From: Piromyces finnis finn
Taxonomy: Eukaryota; Fungi; Neocallimastigomycota
Length of the DNA: 64,000 nucleotides
Assembly (NCBI GenBank): GCA_002104945.1
Contig: MCFH01000009.1
Span: 310,001-374,000, forward strand
Reading direction: 5' to 3'
Shown here: piece after piece, positions 1 to 17,786 of the stretch
Position numbering within the stretch: position 1 is the stretch's first letter
Layout: each line of letters starts with the position of its first letter
Position numbers and translations under genes: made by a program
Notes under the pieces: model-generated
Databases searched by the model: none
Told to the model about the DNA's origin: nothing
The model's input: only the letters and a program-made list of their open reading frames with translations

Positions 1-3000
1 GGATGCATTTAAGATTGTATATGTTGCTCCAATGAAGGCATTAGTTCAAGAAATGGTAGGAAACTTTTCTACTAGATTAAAACATTTTAATATTAAAGTT
101 GCTGAATTGACAGGTGATCGTCAATTAACTAAACAACAAATTACTGAAACTCAAATTATTGTTACTACTCCAGAAAAATGGGATATTATTACTCGTAAAG
201 GCTCAGATAAATCATATACAAATTTAGTACGTTTATTAATTATTGATGAAATTCATTTATTACATGATGATAGAGGTCCAGTATTAGAAAGTATTGTTAG
301 TAGAACATTAAGACAAATTGAACAAACACAAGAATATGTTCGTCTTGTTGGTCTTAGTGCAACATTACCAAATTATGTTGATGTTGCTACATTTTTGAGA
401 GTTGATCTTAAAACAGGTTTATTTTATTTTGATAATAGCTATCGTCCATGTCCATTAAATCAACAATATATTGGTATATCAGAAAAGAAAGCAATTAAGC
501 GTTATCATTTAATGAATGAAATTACTTACGAAAAAGTTATGGAATCTGTAGGTAAGGAACAAATTTTAATTTTCACACATTCTCGTAAAGAAACAGCACG
601 TACAGCAAAGATCATTCGTGATATGGCTATTGAAAAAGATACAATAGGCCAAATTTTAAAAAATGATTCTGCTAGTCAAGAAATTTTACAAAGTGAATCA
701 GCTACTGTAAAGAATGAGGATTTGAAGGATGTACTTCCATATGGTTTTGCTATTCACCATGCTGGTATGAGCCGTGCTGATCGTACTTTAGTAGAAGATC
801 TTTTCACTGATGGTTATGTTAAGGTTCTTGTTTCAACAGCAACATTAGCTTGGGGTGTTAATTTACCAGCTCACACTGTTATTATTAAAGGTACTCAAGT
901 TTATTCTCCAGAAAAGGGTAGTTGGGTTGAACTTTCACCACAAGATATTCTTCAAATGTTAGGTCGTGCTGGTCGTCCTCAATATGATGTAAATGGTGAA
1001 GGTATTATTATTACATCTCAAACTGAATTACAATACTACCTTTCATTACTTAATCAACAATTACCAATTGAATCTCAATTCATGAAGCGTTTAGCTGATA
1101 ACTTAAATGCAGAAGTTGTTTTAGGTACTATTAGAAATTGTAATGATGCAGTTCAATGGCTCGGTTACACTTATTTATATGTTAGAATGTTAAGAAATCC
1201 AGCATTATATGGTATTTCACAAGAAGAATTAGAAGAAGATCCATTTTTGGAACAAAAGAGAATTGACTTGATTCACAGTGCTGCCATAATATTAGATAAA
1301 TGTAATTTAATTAAATATGACAGAAAACTTGGTAAAATACAAGTTACTGAACTTGGTCGTATTGCAAGTCATTACTATATTTCACATAATTCTATGTCTA
1401 TTTATAATCAACATTTAAAGCCAATGATGAGCATTGTCGATTTATTCAGAGTATTTGCATTATCAGATGAATTTAAGTATATTCCAGTAAGAGAAGAAGA
1501 AAAATTGGAATTACAAAAATTATTGGAAAGAGTTCCAATTCCAGTAAAGGAGAGTGTTGAAGAACCAACCGCCAAAACAAATGTTCTTCTTCAAGCTTAT
1601 ATTTCACAATTAAAATTGGAAGGTTTTGCTTTAATGGCTGATATGGTTTATATTACTCAAAGTGCTGGAAGAATTTTAAGAGCTATATTTGAAATTTGCC
1701 TTAAGCGTGAATGGGCTCAATTATCAAGAAAGGCATTGGAACTTTGTAAAATGGTTAGTCATCGTATATGGTTATCTATGAATCCTTTGAGACAATTTAA
1801 GGATATTCCACATGATATTATTAAAAGATTAGAAAAGAAAGAATTTTCATGGGACAGATATTATGATTTAAATCCACAAGAACTTGGTGAATTAGCACAT
1901 CTTCCAAAAGCAGGAAAATTAATTTATAAGTATGTCCATCAATTCCCAAAATTAGAATTAGAAGCTCATGTTCAACCAATTACTCGTTCATTATTAAGAG
2001 TTGAATTAACTATTACACCTGATTTCCAATTTGATTCAAAGGTTCATGAAGGTTCTGCAGAACCATTCTGGGTTCTTGTAGAAGACGTTGATAGTGAACA
2101 TATTCTTTTCCAAGATGTATTTATATTGAAGGAACAATATGCTGAAGAAGATCATACAATTACATTTACTGTTCCATTATTTGACCCACTTCCACCAAAT
2201 TACTTTATTAGTGTTATTAGTGATCGTTGGCTTCATTCTGAAACTAGACTACCAGTTTCATTTAGACATCTTATTCTTCCAGAAAAGTACCCACCTCACA
2301 CTGATTTATTAGATCTTCAACCATTACCTGTTTCATCATTAAAGAACCCTGAATATGAAGCAATTTATAATAAGGATTTGAAATACTTTAACCCAATCCA
2401 AACTCAAGTATTTAAAACTTTATATAATACTGATGATAATACATTTATTGGTGCTTCTGCTGGTAGTGGAAAAACCATTTGTGCTGAATTTGCTTTATTA
2501 AGACTTTGGGCTGTAAACCCAAAAGCTAGATGTGTTTATGTTGCACCATATGAAGAGATTGTTGAGCAAAAAGCTCGTGAATGGAAAGAAAAAATGGGAA
2601 ATTTACTTGGAGGAAAGAATATTGTTGTATTAACAGGTGAAACTGCAGCAGATTTGAAGCTTTTAGAAAAAGGTGATATTATATTCTCTACTCCACAAAA
2701 ATGGGATATGTTGTCAAGAAGATGGAAGCAACGTCGTAATATCCAAACAATTGGATTATTCATTATGGATGAAATTCATTTCATTGGTAGTGACATTGGT
2801 CCAGTAATTGAAGTTATTGTTTCAAGAATGCGTTACATTAGTGTTCAAACTGGTAATAAAATACGTATTGTTACTTTAGGTGCATCATTAGCTAATGCTA
2901 GAGATCTTGGTGAGTGGATTGGTGCAAATAGTCACTCTATTTACAATTTCCAACCAAATATTAGACCAGTTCCATTAGAAATCTATATTCAAGGTTATTC

Positions 3001-4951
3001 TATTCCTCATTTTGCTAGTTTAATGATTGCTATGACAAAACCAACATATCTTGCCATTACAGCAGGGGAAGACCAATCAGCTTTAATCTTTGTTCCAAGT
3101 CGTAAACAATGTTGTTTGACTGCTGTTGATTTATTAACACTCTGTACTGCTGATGGTGATGAATCAAAATTCTTACATTGTAAGCCAGAAGAAATTGAAC
3201 CATTTATTGAAAAAATTTCTGATAAAACATTAAAGGAAACAATTTCTAGAGGTATTGGTTTCTACCATGAAGCTCTTTCAAAGTCTGATAAACAAACTGT
3301 TGAACATTTGTTTAAGGCTGGTGCTATTCAAGTAGTAGTTGCTAGTCGTGAAACTTCATGGGAAATTGATATTCGTAGTAGTTTAGTAGTTATTATGGGA
3401 ACTCAGTATTTTGCAGGTAAAGAACATCGTTATGTTGACTATCCAGTTATTGATGTTTTACAAATGATGGGTCGTGCTTGTAAACCATCAAATAGTGAAA
3501 GTGGACGTTGTTATTTAATGTGTCAAAGTGTCAAAAAAGACTTTTATAAGAAATTCCTTTATGAAGCTCTTCCAGTTGAAAGTCACTTAAATCATTTCCT
3601 TCATGATCACTTTAATGCTGAAATTGTTACTAAGACTATTGAAAACAAACAAGATGCTGTTGATTATTTAACATGGACTTTCTTATATCGTCGTATGTCG
3701 TTAAATCCAAATTATTATGGTCTTCAAGGTGTAACTCACCGTCATATTAGTGATTATCTTTCTGAATTAGTAGAAAACACACTCTTTGATTTACAAAAGA
3801 GTAAATGTATTACAATTGAAGATGAAATGGATATTAGCCCACTCAACTTGGGTATGGTTGCAGCCTATTATTATATTAATTATGTTACTATTGAAATGTT
3901 TAGTATGAGTTTATCTGAAAATACTAGATTCAAGGGATTAATGGAGATTTTAAGTGCTGCTGCTGAATTCGAAAATATACCAATTCGTCATAGAGAAGAT
4001 ACTGTTATTCGTCGTATCTATGAACATTGTCCAGTTAAATTCTCTAATGCTAGCTTCCATGATTCACATACTAAGACTAACATATTGTTACAAGCTCACT
4101 TCTCAAGACTTCAACTTCCACCAGATTTAGAATTTGATCAAAAACTCATTCTTAATAAGATTATTCCATTAATTCAAGCTGCTGTAGATGTTATTAGTAG
4201 TAATGGATGGTTGACTACAGCCCTTAATTGTATGGAACTTTGCCAAATGTGTGTTCAAGCTGTTTGGAACCATGATTCACCATTAAAACAAATCCCATAC
4301 TTTACAAAAGAAGTTATTAAGAGATGTGAAGATGCAGGTGCTGGTGAAAGTGTCTTTGATATTATGGAAATGGAAGATGATGTTAGAAACAAGTGCTTAC
4401 AAATGAATAATAAACAATTAGCTGAGGTTGCTAAATATGTAAATAGATATCCAAATGTTGATTTATCTTTTGAAATTATGGATAAGGATGAAATTATTGC
4501 AGGTGAGCCAGTTACTCTTAAGATCTTATTAGAAAGAGATGATGATGAAGAGGAAAGTGAAGAAGAAAGTGATGATGATAACATGGATGTTGATGGAAAG
4601 AAATCAAAACAACCAAAGGTTAAGCCAGATATTGGTCCAGTTATTGCTCCATATTATCCTGGTAAAAAGGATGAAGGTTGGTGGATTGTTGTTGGTGATC
4701 CAAAGACTAAACAACTTGTTGCAATTAAGAGAACAACTCTCCAATATCATTCTTCATTTAAGTTAGAATTTATTGCTCCAGAAGAACCTGGTAAATATAA
4801 TTATACCCTTTATCTTTTATGTGATGCCTATATGGGTGATGATCAAGAATATCCTGTTAAATTTACTGTACTTGAAGGTGAAGATGATGATAGTGAGGAA
4901 GAAGAAGAAGAAGAAGAAGAAGAAAATGAAGACAAAATGGACGAAGAATAA
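1..4951 (+). CDS. BRR2: U5 snRNP helicase Brr2/SNRNP200, 5'-truncated by the window edge; no intron in this 4.95-kb portion
   Basis: The frame is open from nt 2 ([17 protein letters not shown]). Two Ski2-like cassettes ([44 protein letters not shown]; second cassette SAGSGKT, DEIH), each followed by a Sec63 unit; acidic tail. Confidence 0.97.
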   Translation, partial: DAFKIVYVAPMKALVQEMVGNFSTRLKHFNIKVAELTGDRQLTKQQITETQIIVTTPEKWDIITRKGSDKSYTNLVRLLIIDEIHLLHDDRGPVLESIVSRTLRQIEQTQEYVRLVGLSATLPNYVDVATFLRVDLKTGLFYFDNSYRPCPLNQQYIGISEKKAIKRYHLMNEITYEKVMESVGKEQILIFTHSRKETARTAKIIRDMAIEKDTIGQILKNDSASQEILQSESATVKNEDLKDVLPYGFAIHHAGMSRADRTLVEDLFTDGYVKVLVSTATLAWGVNLPAHTVIIKGTQVYSPEKGSWVELSPQDILQMLGRAGRPQYDVNGEGIIITSQTELQYYLSLLNQQLPIESQFMKRLADNLNAEVVLGTIRNCNDAVQWLGYTYLYVRMLRNPALYGISQEELEEDPFLEQKRIDLIHSAAIILDKCNLIKYDRKLGKIQVTELGRIASHYYISHNSMSIYNQHLKPMMSIVDLFRVFALSDEFKYIPVREEEKLELQKLLERVPIPVKESVEEPTAKTNVLLQAYISQLKLEGFALMADMVYITQSAGRILRAIFEICLKREWAQLSRKALELCKMVSHRIWLSMNPLRQFKDIPHDIIKRLEKKEFSWDRYYDLNPQELGELAHLPKAGKLIYKYVHQFPKLELEAHVQPITRSLLRVELTITPDFQFDSKVHEGSAEPFWVLVEDVDSEHILFQDVFILKEQYAEEDHTITFTVPLFDPLPPNYFISVISDRWLHSETRLPVSFRHLILPEKYPPHTDLLDLQPLPVSSLKNPEYEAIYNKDLKYFNPIQTQVFKTLYNTDDNTFIGASAGSGKTICAEFALLRLWAVNPKARCVYVAPYEEIVEQKAREWKEKMGNLLGGKNIVVLTGETAADLKLLEKGDIIFSTPQKWDMLSRRWKQRRNIQTIGLFIMDEIHFIGSDIGPVIEVIVSRMRYISVQTGNKIRIVTLGASLANARDLGEWIGANSHSIYNFQPNIRPVPLEIYIQGYSIPHFASLMIAMTKPTYLAITAGEDQSALIFVPSRKQCCLTAVDLLTLCTADGDESKFLHCKPEEIEPFIEKISDKTLKETISRGIGFYHEALSKSDKQTVEHLFKAGAIQVVVASRETSWEIDIRSSLVVIMGTQYFAGKEHRYVDYPVIDVLQMMGRACKPSNSESGRCYLMCQSVKKDFYKKFLYEALPVESHLNHFLHDHFNAEIVTKTIENKQDAVDYLTWTFLYRRMSLNPNYYGLQGVTHRHISDYLSELVENTLFDLQKSKCITIEDEMDISPLNLGMVAAYYYINYVTIEMFSMSLSENTRFKGLMEILSAAAEFENIPIRHREDTVIRRIYEHCPVKFSNASFHDSHTKTNILLQAHFSRLQLPPDLEFDQKLILNKIIPLIQAAVDVISSNGWLTTALNCMELCQMCVQAVWNHDSPLKQIPYFTKEVIKRCEDAGAGESVFDIMEMEDDVRNKCLQMNNKQLAEVAKYVNRYPNVDLSFEIMDKDEIIAGEPVTLKILLERDDDEEESEEESDDDNMDVDGKKSKQPKVKPDIGPVIAPYYPGKKDEGWWIVVGDPKTKQLVAIKRTTLQYHSSFKLEFIAPEEPGKYNYTLYLLCDAYMGDDQEYPVKFTVLEGEDDDSEEEEEEEEEENEDKMDEE

Positions 4952-5794
4952 ATAATTTGTTGATAAAAGAATATATTTTAATTAATATCATATAACACTA
5001 AAATTTAAAAAGGAATGAAACAATAAAAGAAAAATAGCATTATTTTTTCTCTTTTTTTTTTTTTTTTTTCACTTTCATTAAGTATCAATACCATCGTTAA
5101 CAAAAAAATTTTTTTTTCTTTATTATAATACATATTTTAAAATGTATGTACCATTTTATTTTATATATATTTAATTCTTTATTATGTTTTACTTTTTTTT
5201 TTTTATTAATTTATTTTAGCATATATTATTAAAAGTAAAAAAAAAAACAAAAAACAAAAAACAATCAAACCAAAAGAACATAAAAATAGTATTTACAATA
5301 TTTTTCTCTTTAAATTACTTTTTTTTATATCATTTAATTTTTTAATAGTTAAAAAAAATTGTTATAAATATATATATATATTTTCTTCATTATTTGCAAA
5401 TATATAATAAATAAATAATATAAATAATATGTAATAATATAATATATATAGACCTAATTGTGGTATAAATAAGAATAATAATTATTGTATAAAATTATTA
5501 TAATGTATACTAGATTATTTTATTTCATTTTGCTATTATTATTATTTTTTATTGTTTTAAACCATCAAATGGTATTTTTTTGAGATAGTATTATATTCAA
5601 TTTTTTTTGGGTTTATAAAAGTTTTTTTTATTGATGGATTTATACTATTTTTTGATAAACTAAATGTTATTTCGTAGTTCTCTTTAATATTTCCTATTTT
5701 TAATTATTAATTTTTTTTTTATTTTTTTTATATTAGTTTAGGCCTTTATTTTTTTTTTTTTAAAAAAATAATATTATTATTTATTTATATGATA

Positions 5795-7202
<1,408 letters not shown>

Positions 7203-7411
7203 TTTTTATTTTTTATAAATGTATTAAAAAAAAAAGAGATAAACTTTTTGTTAAAATTATAAAAATTGTAAAAAAAAAATATATTGAAAAAATTATCAAT
7301 TAGAATTATTTTAGTTACACGAGAAACTTAAAAAAAATTTTTTTTAAAAAAAGTATAATTTTTATTCTTTTTTTTTTTTTTTTCAAATTATTTGGAAAAT
7401 ATTATAAAAAA

Positions 7412-8460
<1,049 letters not shown>

Positions 8461-8695
8461 ATATATATATATATATAAAGGAAAAATGAAAACCATTCTT
8501 AATAATTGATTAAAAGCTAAACAGTTATAATATATAAAAACTTTCCAATATTAATTAGACATAATTTAATAAAATCATTTATAAAAACATTTTTAATTTT
8601 TAAACAATTTTTTAATTTGCTATCTTTTATTATTATTATTATTATTATTATCGATTTTTTTTTTTCTTCAATCTTTAAAATGTTATTATTTTTTT

Positions 8696-9720
8696 TTATA
8701 TTTTTTGACGTTTAATATCGCCCTTTTCTTCTGGTTCTGGTGGTTCATGTTCAGGGAATTCTGATTCTGCATCCATTTGATTAAAGTAATTAACTATTTA
8801 GATATATATGATAAATATTAGTTAATATTTATTTTTAAAATAAAAACATTTGTAAAGTATAATTATTATAATAATTACTATCAAACATTTCTGATTCATC
8901 CATAGAATCATCTGGATCAGGATGCAACTCAGAACATTGAGTTATTTGTTCGTAAGCTAATGTAGCTTATTATATGGAAATTATATATATAAAAAAACAA
9001 TTTATGGAATATCCATATTTGTATATAATATAAAATTAATCAACAATTAGTAATATATAATATACATAATAAATAAATAAATAAAATAATAATAAAAAAA
9101 ATTGATATTATTATATTCAATAACTAACATTTTATATCGTTTTCAAACATGAAATTTAATTCTATAACATAATCATCATCATCCATATCATCATCTTCAT
9201 TATTATCTTTTTCTGGATTTATTATATCCATTGGAAGAACGTCATTATTTTCATTAAAAATTGTACTTTTATCGTTATTTAATTGCATATATATACATTT
9301 TTTATCATTTATTTTTGCGTGGATTGAAATAGTATTGTAATCTATTGAAATTCCTTTTTGTATTTCTTCATACCAATAAATAACTTCTCTTAATTGTGGT
9401 ATTATAATAAAATATTAATAATGAATAATAATATTAATAATGAAAAATAATAATAATATATAAAATTTATCGTATAAAAAGAATAAGTATAATAAATTTA
9501 AAATTAATTGATAATTTAAAATAAATATATGAAAATAAAAAAGTATTTTATATTACTCAGTTGTAACGAATAAAGCTCCATTTTCTTTATTATTTAATAA
9601 TTCTAAGCATTGGAAATTTGGAGATATATTCAATAATATGTTATTTTCAGAAAATTTTAAAATATTTTCTTTATTATTTTTTATATCTTCATTTAATTTT
9701 GTAATTATTTTTATAGGCAT
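8696..9720 (-). CDS. CLNS1A: Methylosome subunit pICln (CLNS1A/Lot5 family), 4 exons
   Basis: Spliced: GALFVTTEEVIYW..GISIDYNTISIHA..CIYMQL..acidic loop..VIELNF..TLAYEQITQCSELHPDPDD. Matches the ICln motifs 'Y.TISLHA' and 'ECQALHPDP'. Confidence 0.85.
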
Positions 9721-11423
9721 TTTTTATATTTTTATATCTTTAAATTTAAAAAAAAGATTATTACTTAAAATGTAAAGAAATATATATTTTAATTTTTATA
9801 TTTTATACTTTATAATATTTTTTGATATTGAAATTTATATACTTTATTATATTGAAACATTTGTAAAAAATTTTTTTTTAATTTATTTATATTTTTAAAT
9901 ATTTTAAATATATAAGTTCTTTTATATTTCTAATGATATTATAAATAATACAATGTTATTACTACCATAAATATTACTCTAATATTAATATTAACCCATT
10001 TACTTAAAAACAATGGTAATCATTTTTCAATTTGACATTCTGATATTATAACTATTTTTTTTTGTTATATTTGATAGTAATATAATTCTTTGGAACATAG
10101 TTAGGTACATTACATTAATTTTATTAATTATAGAAAATAATAAAAAATTAAGAATAATATATGTATTTATAATTAAAAAGTTTACATAATAATTATTTTT
10201 TACTTTATAATTAGTTTAAAATAACTGGAATTACAAGAATTATTTAAAGTAGTTGGATATTAAGATAATAGTTATATTACTTTTAATTGTAGGCATTATG
10301 TGGACCATATAAATCTTTTCTAAATAAGTGAATCAATAAATAAATCAAACTTGGTTAAAAATTTAATGTAATAAAAAAAAAAACTTTTTAGAAAATAGCT
10401 ATTTTATCAATATTGTTACATTGTAGTCACAACATTTTTTATAATAATTTATAATCTTTGAAATTCAATCAATGAAAAAAAAGCAATTTATATATTTTAA
10501 AAAAAAAAATCAATTGGAAAATATTTATCATTAGATTTATAATTGTTTCGATGAGTTGAGAAAAAAAATATAAGAAATGCATTTATAAAAGAATATAAGA
10601 AGAATAATAATAAAAATGGTTATTTAATTTCCATTTTTTTTTTTATTATTTAAATCATTTGAATTTTCCTCATTTATTTTAATTTTGTTTTGCTGATTCT
10701 CTAAATAATACTACCTATGATTTTATGATATATAATATATATATATATACAACATTGGTATTTTATTTAATTAAATAGATAATGTTATAAAATAATTTAC
10801 ACTTGGAATCCTTAGCAATTATATGGTCATTAAAGGAGGATGATTAAGAGAAGAATCTTCAACAATATTAATAATATTATATCTTTTTTAATAAATCATT
10901 TTTCATTTAATTTTAAATATTAAAAAGTTAAAATTATAATCTTTTATAAAGTAAATCTTTTAAATTTATTGGATAAAAACATTTTTTCAAAATTTTGTAA
11001 ACATTTTTAACGGCTTATTTGATAGATTGATATTGCTTTTTTTTTTTTGTTTTTTAAAGTGATATTTTCTTTTTCTTTTTTTAAAAATTAATATCAATAA
11101 TTATAATTATTTTTTATATCTTTATTTTAAGCATGACTTTAACATTTTTAGTATAATAAAAAAGGTTAATCTTATTATAATAAATTTGTTTTTTTCTTAT
11201 ACAAATTTAATAAATGAAAATTAATTTTGGATACAAATAGGTAATAAAAATTTTATGTCATTTTCTTTTTTTCTTTTAAAAAAGTGAAACAAAAATTAAA
11301 CAAGATTATTTTACATAGTTTACAAACTTAAAGCAAATATTTTTTAATACAATAATATGCCATATTATTATAAATTATTATGTTAAAAGGATTTATTTTT
11401 TATTTTTCATTTTTCATTATTAC

Positions 11424-12099
<676 letters not shown>

Positions 12100-13160
12100 A
12101 GTACCTCAAAAGATTAATAATAAAAACTTTATAAACTTCATAATTAAAAAGTCATATATAATTTTTGTTAGATTAACTTTTTTAATACTTTTTTAATTTA
12201 TTTTAATATATCATTTATATATATTTAATATACTAATATATACCGAAATAATATATTGTAGAATTTTTCCAAATTTAAATATATTAAAATATTTTAATTT
12301 AAATGTAATATATTATAATATACTATAATATATAGTTGTTGTATTTAGAAAATAATATAATATTTTATTAATTTAATAATAATAAATTTAGTATTGGTTA
12401 TTTAATAAGAATTTTAATAATATTTAATATATTATACTATATATTTATAATAGTTAATTAATATAAATATAGATATAAATTTAGTAATAAACTGTATTAA
12501 CCTAAAAAAATCCATAAAAGGTTAGAATATTATTAACATATTCTGTCAAAAAGAAACACAAAAAATAAAGTTAAATTTTAATTTTTTTTTTTATTTTATA
12601 TTTTTTTTATATTATGCCAATAAATATATATATATAAAGTAAATAAATAAAAATATATCAATGTTTAAAATATAATTTATTTTATTTTTTTTTTTTTTGT
12701 AAAATCTTTAAATTAATTACATTAAATAATCAAATAAAAATAAATAAATGCAAATAGAGGAAATATAAATTAAATAAAAAATAGAAAAAGTGTCTATTCA
12801 TTCAGTATATCTAATATATCTATTTGAAATAAAATTTAATATGCCATTTATAATAAAAAGAAAGTTTTAAAAATCGCATTTTTATTTAGCATATTTTTTG
12901 AAAAATATAAAAAGAAAACAAAACTATTTTTTAAAAATAGCTATACATATATCAATTTCTATATTTTATATAAACTAAAGTCAATGAAGTTTAATCAGTT
13001 GTAACATTAACATATTTTATATAAATATTAAAGTATAAAGAAAATTATTAAAAAAAAAAGAAACATAAAAATATATTTATTAATAACCTGATATTAATGG
13101 TTATAATAACAAGAAAGAATAACTTTAAAGATTTTTTTTTAAGAATTATATAAAATATTA

Positions 13161-14441
13161 ATGGTATATAATCATTCATTGTATTATGTAATAAATCCTA
13201 CAACGACAACTTTTTTTAAAAGTTATCAAACATCAAATTCAAATAAAGGCAATGGTAATGCAAATTTTCACAGAAATACAAACAATGGATTGCATAATGG
13301 TAATAAATTTAATGGAATAAATCGAGATGTAAATCAAGACAATGTAAATAATAACTATGGAAGTACAAACAACATCAATGTTGACAATAATCTTATGAGT
13401 ACAAACAACAACAACAACAACAATAATAATAATAACAATAATAATAATTATAATCAAATAAGCCAATTTAATTCAAACAATATACCAACAACTACAGTTA
13501 TAGATGATTATTGTTAGTATATATTATTTTTTAAAATATATTATAATATTTAAATTTTAAAATTTTCGAAATTAATTGTAAATTTTTAATATGTAATAAT
13601 AGACCCCGAGGAAACAGATACCGTTGTAAATGATTCTATGGAAGGATATCGAAATAGTACAGATAGTAATGAGAATAATATGAAAAGTAATGGAGATAGC
13701 CCCTTAAATTTAATGATCATAATTTTAGGTGTTATAATATTTGCGTTATTTTCTTTAAGTTTAATACGGCTTAAAAATCGCAGTAATGATCAAAACCCTG
13801 TTGAAGAAAAAAGGACATATGATTGTAATAAACCACTACCTACCATTTCTCCAAGTAAAATGTTGAAACAAGGTCAATCAACTGAAATGGATTATAATAA
13901 TATGAGTAATAATTATATTAATCCAAATGTTATAGAATATGATTTACAACAACAACAACAGCAGCAGCAATATGGTTATGATGATAATCGTATAAGTTTT
14001 TTAGCATTAGGTGATTCAGCAATCGAACCTAGACAAGTAACTCTAACGTTAAAGGAAGAAGTGATAAAAAAATCCAAAGATAACTTGCCAATTCCCCTTA
14101 TACATATTAATAATAAAAAAGTTAATAATTCAGAAGATAATAAAAATGAAGATAATGATAATGATAATAATGATGAATATGATATAAATCTAAAGGCAGT
14201 CGAGCCTTTACCTGGAACAATTATTCCAAGTAAAAGATCACCCCATAATAGTTTTTCAGGTAGTCGTTTATTACAGGAATCTCAAGGATTATTCAAGAAA
14301 GTTTCAAAAGGAGTAAAAAGTGTTGGTAATCGATTAAAGCCAAATTCAATTATATCAACAATGTCAAATTCTTCTATGTCAAGTAATAATGATTCCAGCA
14401 AAAATGGTCAATACAGTGTATTATCGTCACCAAAGGAATGA
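13161..14441 (+). CDS. Orphan single-pass membrane protein with Asn-rich N-terminus and poly-Q cytoplasmic part, 2 exons
   Basis: ORFs 13161 and 13638 join in frame via GATTATT|gttagt...aatag|ACCCCGAG (DDY-Y-PEET). TM segment LMIIILGVIIFALFSLSLIRL followed by KNRS. The start is uncertain and no signal peptide is visible. Confidence 0.65.
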
Positions 14442-15236
14442 ATAATACTAATTATCAAGAAAAAAAAAACATCAGCAATATTATAAATATTTATTGATTT
14501 TAAATATATTAATATTTAATATTCAATAAATTCAATAAGAAAAATATATAAATCCAAGTAATTAAAGTGATATAATATATCTTAATCTTATATTATTATT
14601 TTTATTTTATTACTCTTTATTTTTGTAATATTATAAAGATACACTATTTTTATATATTTTAATTATCAATGTTTTATTTATTTTATTGTAAATATTTACT
14701 TTAATGAATAACTAAATGTTAAATTTTTTTAAAAACGATATTAAATAAATGAGATTATATTTAATTCCAAGTTATTTACTACTTTTTATATAAATATTTA
14801 TTGAATTTCGAACAAAACACTACTTTTTATATTAAATATTATTTATAAATAAAATAAGGTATTATCATTATTGATATAAAACAAATAATTAAGAAATAAC
14901 TGTAAAACTATTTATTTTTTTTTTTTTTAACATAAATAAAAGTTCTGTTTTAAAATTTTTATTGTAAAAGTTAATATATGTGTATTTTTAATAAGAATTA
15001 AAATTTATATATATATATTTTAAGATCTAATATAATTAATATACATTTCATTAGTGTTATGAATTTTATATTGATGGAAAATTTTATTTTAAATTTTTTT
15101 ATACAATATTTTTCTCTGAAAGCAATAATAAAAAATAATATTGTAAAGAAGAATTTAAGTACTTATATATATATATTTCTTTTTAATAACAATAACAACA
15201 ACAACATTTTAACATAAAATAGTATATACATTTACC

Positions 15237-15243
15237 CACGAAA
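15237..15243 (+). promoter_or_regulatory. SCB-like element (CACGAAA) just upstream of the MCM10 ATG
   Basis: Exact match to CRCGAAA, ending 38 nt before the ATG; single copy only. Confidence 0.25.
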
Positions 15244-15280
15244 ATACACACACACATAAAAAAAAAAAAAATCATATAAA

Positions 15281-15982
15281 ATGAATACTCAATATAGAAA
15301 CAATGAAAAACTTGAAATAGATTTAAGAATTGAAGTGAATAAATTAAGTGGAACTTATACACCAAGTCATATATATTGTAAGGCAGATGATGTTGGACAA
15401 TCTTTACTTGGAATTGTTGTAGGTGATTTATTTAATTCCAGAAAAGAAGATCCTATAAAATCAGTCACTAAGGAATCTAAATTTGATATATCTACTATGC
15501 CAATAAGCAATCATAGTCTTGAACAAAGTATGGAAAATTTTGAACAAAAAAAAAGAAATATTCAAGATACAAATATAAAAAAAATAAATAATTCAATGAA
15601 TTTGACAAATATTGTTGTTGAGAAAAAAAAAGTATCACTAGCGGAACAATTTATTCAAAATTCTTTATCATCATATACCCCTAAAGTTAATCATTTATCA
15701 AGGTCAAATGGTAAAGAATAGATTAATTTTTTATTATTATTTTTATTTTAAATAATATAATTTGTATAATATTTGCTTTTTATAATTCATAATACTTTTT
15801 ATTTTTACAATAATGATTTTAAAAAATTATATATATTAATATAAATTACCAATTCTTTTATAAAGATAATTATGTTAAAGATGAAGATGATAAAAACACT
15901 GAAATAATAATAGAAGATAATTCAAAATTTAGAATAAGGTATTATTATAATATATATGAGGCATATTGCATATTATATTTAT

Positions 15983-16015
<33 letters not shown>

Positions 16016-16379
16016 AAGATAAAATTAATTTATACATTTTAAATAATGGTGACAATTATATATATAAATAAAGAACAATACCTAATGTTTATAAGGAAAC
16101 ATGTCATAAATTATCATCAATAAAATATATACCATTAAAAGAAATAAAAAGAAAAGATGACCCTGGAAAATGGTACACACTGGGTGTAATGGTCGGTAAA
16201 TCAAGTATAAAACAAACCACTAAAGGTGATAACTATGCAATGATTCAATTGGGAAATTTAAATAACACAATTACAAATATATTTATATTTGGAAATAATT
16301 TAAAGAAATTAAAAGATAAAAGGATTGGTCAAGTTCTAGCAATATGTCATGCAAAAACTATGATACCGACAGAAGTAGT

Positions 16380-16416
<37 letters not shown>

Positions 16417-17071
16417 ATAACTTAAAAGACTAATTATAAATTTATCAAATTTTTTTTTCTTAATATAGAAAAATTCAAGTATTGCTTTAAATATTGATAG
16501 TGAGTCATTAATATATACACTTGGAAAATCAATAGATTTATGTTTTTGTAAGGAAAAGAAAAAAGATGGAAACCCATGTAATATTCCGTTAGATAGGTAG
16601 GTCTATTTTTTTAATAATAATAATAAAAAAAAAAAAAAAAAGAAAAAAGAAAAAAGAAAAATATTTTAATAATTAATATAATAAAATTAAAATCTAATCA
16701 ATATTATAACAGGAGAATAGCTAGTGTTTGTGAATACCATACTATATCAAAATATAAAGAATTTAGAAATAAAAGACAGGAATTTGCAAATGGGTATATG
16801 AAATAAATTATTATTTTGAAATTTTAATTTTTTATTTATTTTTTTATATTAATTTATTATAATATGTTATTATAATGTATGTAATAAAATAAAAGAAATT
16901 TCCGATTTTCTTTAGAACAAAATAATCAAAACCTTTTCCAAAAAAGTACTAACGGAACATATAAATTTAAAGATAATACAATAAGTACTTTCAATGGAAA
17001 ACTAAAATTAAACCAATATAATGTAAAGCCTCAAATTTCAGAAGAAGATAATAAATATTTGTAAGTAAAAA

Positions 17072-17102
<31 letters not shown>

Positions 17103-17786
17103 TTAATTTAAAAAATAAATATAAAATAAAGTATAATAATGATATAATTATTATAATTATTATATTTTATTAATTATAGAGAAAAATTAAGACAAAATAA
17201 TAGTTATGGTGTTCATTTATTAAAAAATACAGGAATATATTCAAAACTTAAAAACGAAAATAAAAATTTAGGTAAATATTAAATAAAAAATAAAAAAAAA
17301 ATATTTGATAACATCATCAACAATTAATAATTATAATTAAAATAACCTTCCTATAAAATTTTTAAGATAAAAAAAGAGAGGAAAATTTATTAAGTATCCA
17401 TCCACCAGAAGCATTGTTAAAAATGGGAATAAGAGCGCCATTGAAAAAACCTATTAATAATAAATTAAATATACAGAAACCACCTTGTGAATCGAAAAAA
17501 GAAAAAGAAATTATATTAGAATTTAGTGATAATGAAGATAGTAAAAAATTATTGGATCCAAAGTGTAAAAGAAAAGTAGAAATTAGTTTTTTAAGTGATG
17601 AAGAAGATGAAGATAAAAGTCATTATAAAAAATTCTTAGAAAGAAAGGTAAATAAATTATTATATTACTATTTTATATTTATATATTAATATATAGTTTT
17701 TTTATTTACCATTTTATTTTATTATATGCATACAAATATAATATATATAATATATATAGAATAAAAAGCTCAAAAAAATAAATTAG
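15281..17786 (+). CDS. MCM10: DNA replication factor Mcm10, ~8 exons
   Basis: OB fold (KWYTLGVMVGKS..YAMIQLGNL..IFIFG..IGQVLAICHAK) followed by a CCCH Zn finger (LGKSIDLCFCKEKKKDGNPCNIPLD..VCEYH..KRQEF). Confidence 0.88.

Noticed and set aside
2536-4955. Small overlapping or antisense ORFs within BRR2 (similar ones occur in the coiled-coil gene and ERB1)
   Set aside because: Shadow frames of stop-poor coding sequence; no motifs.
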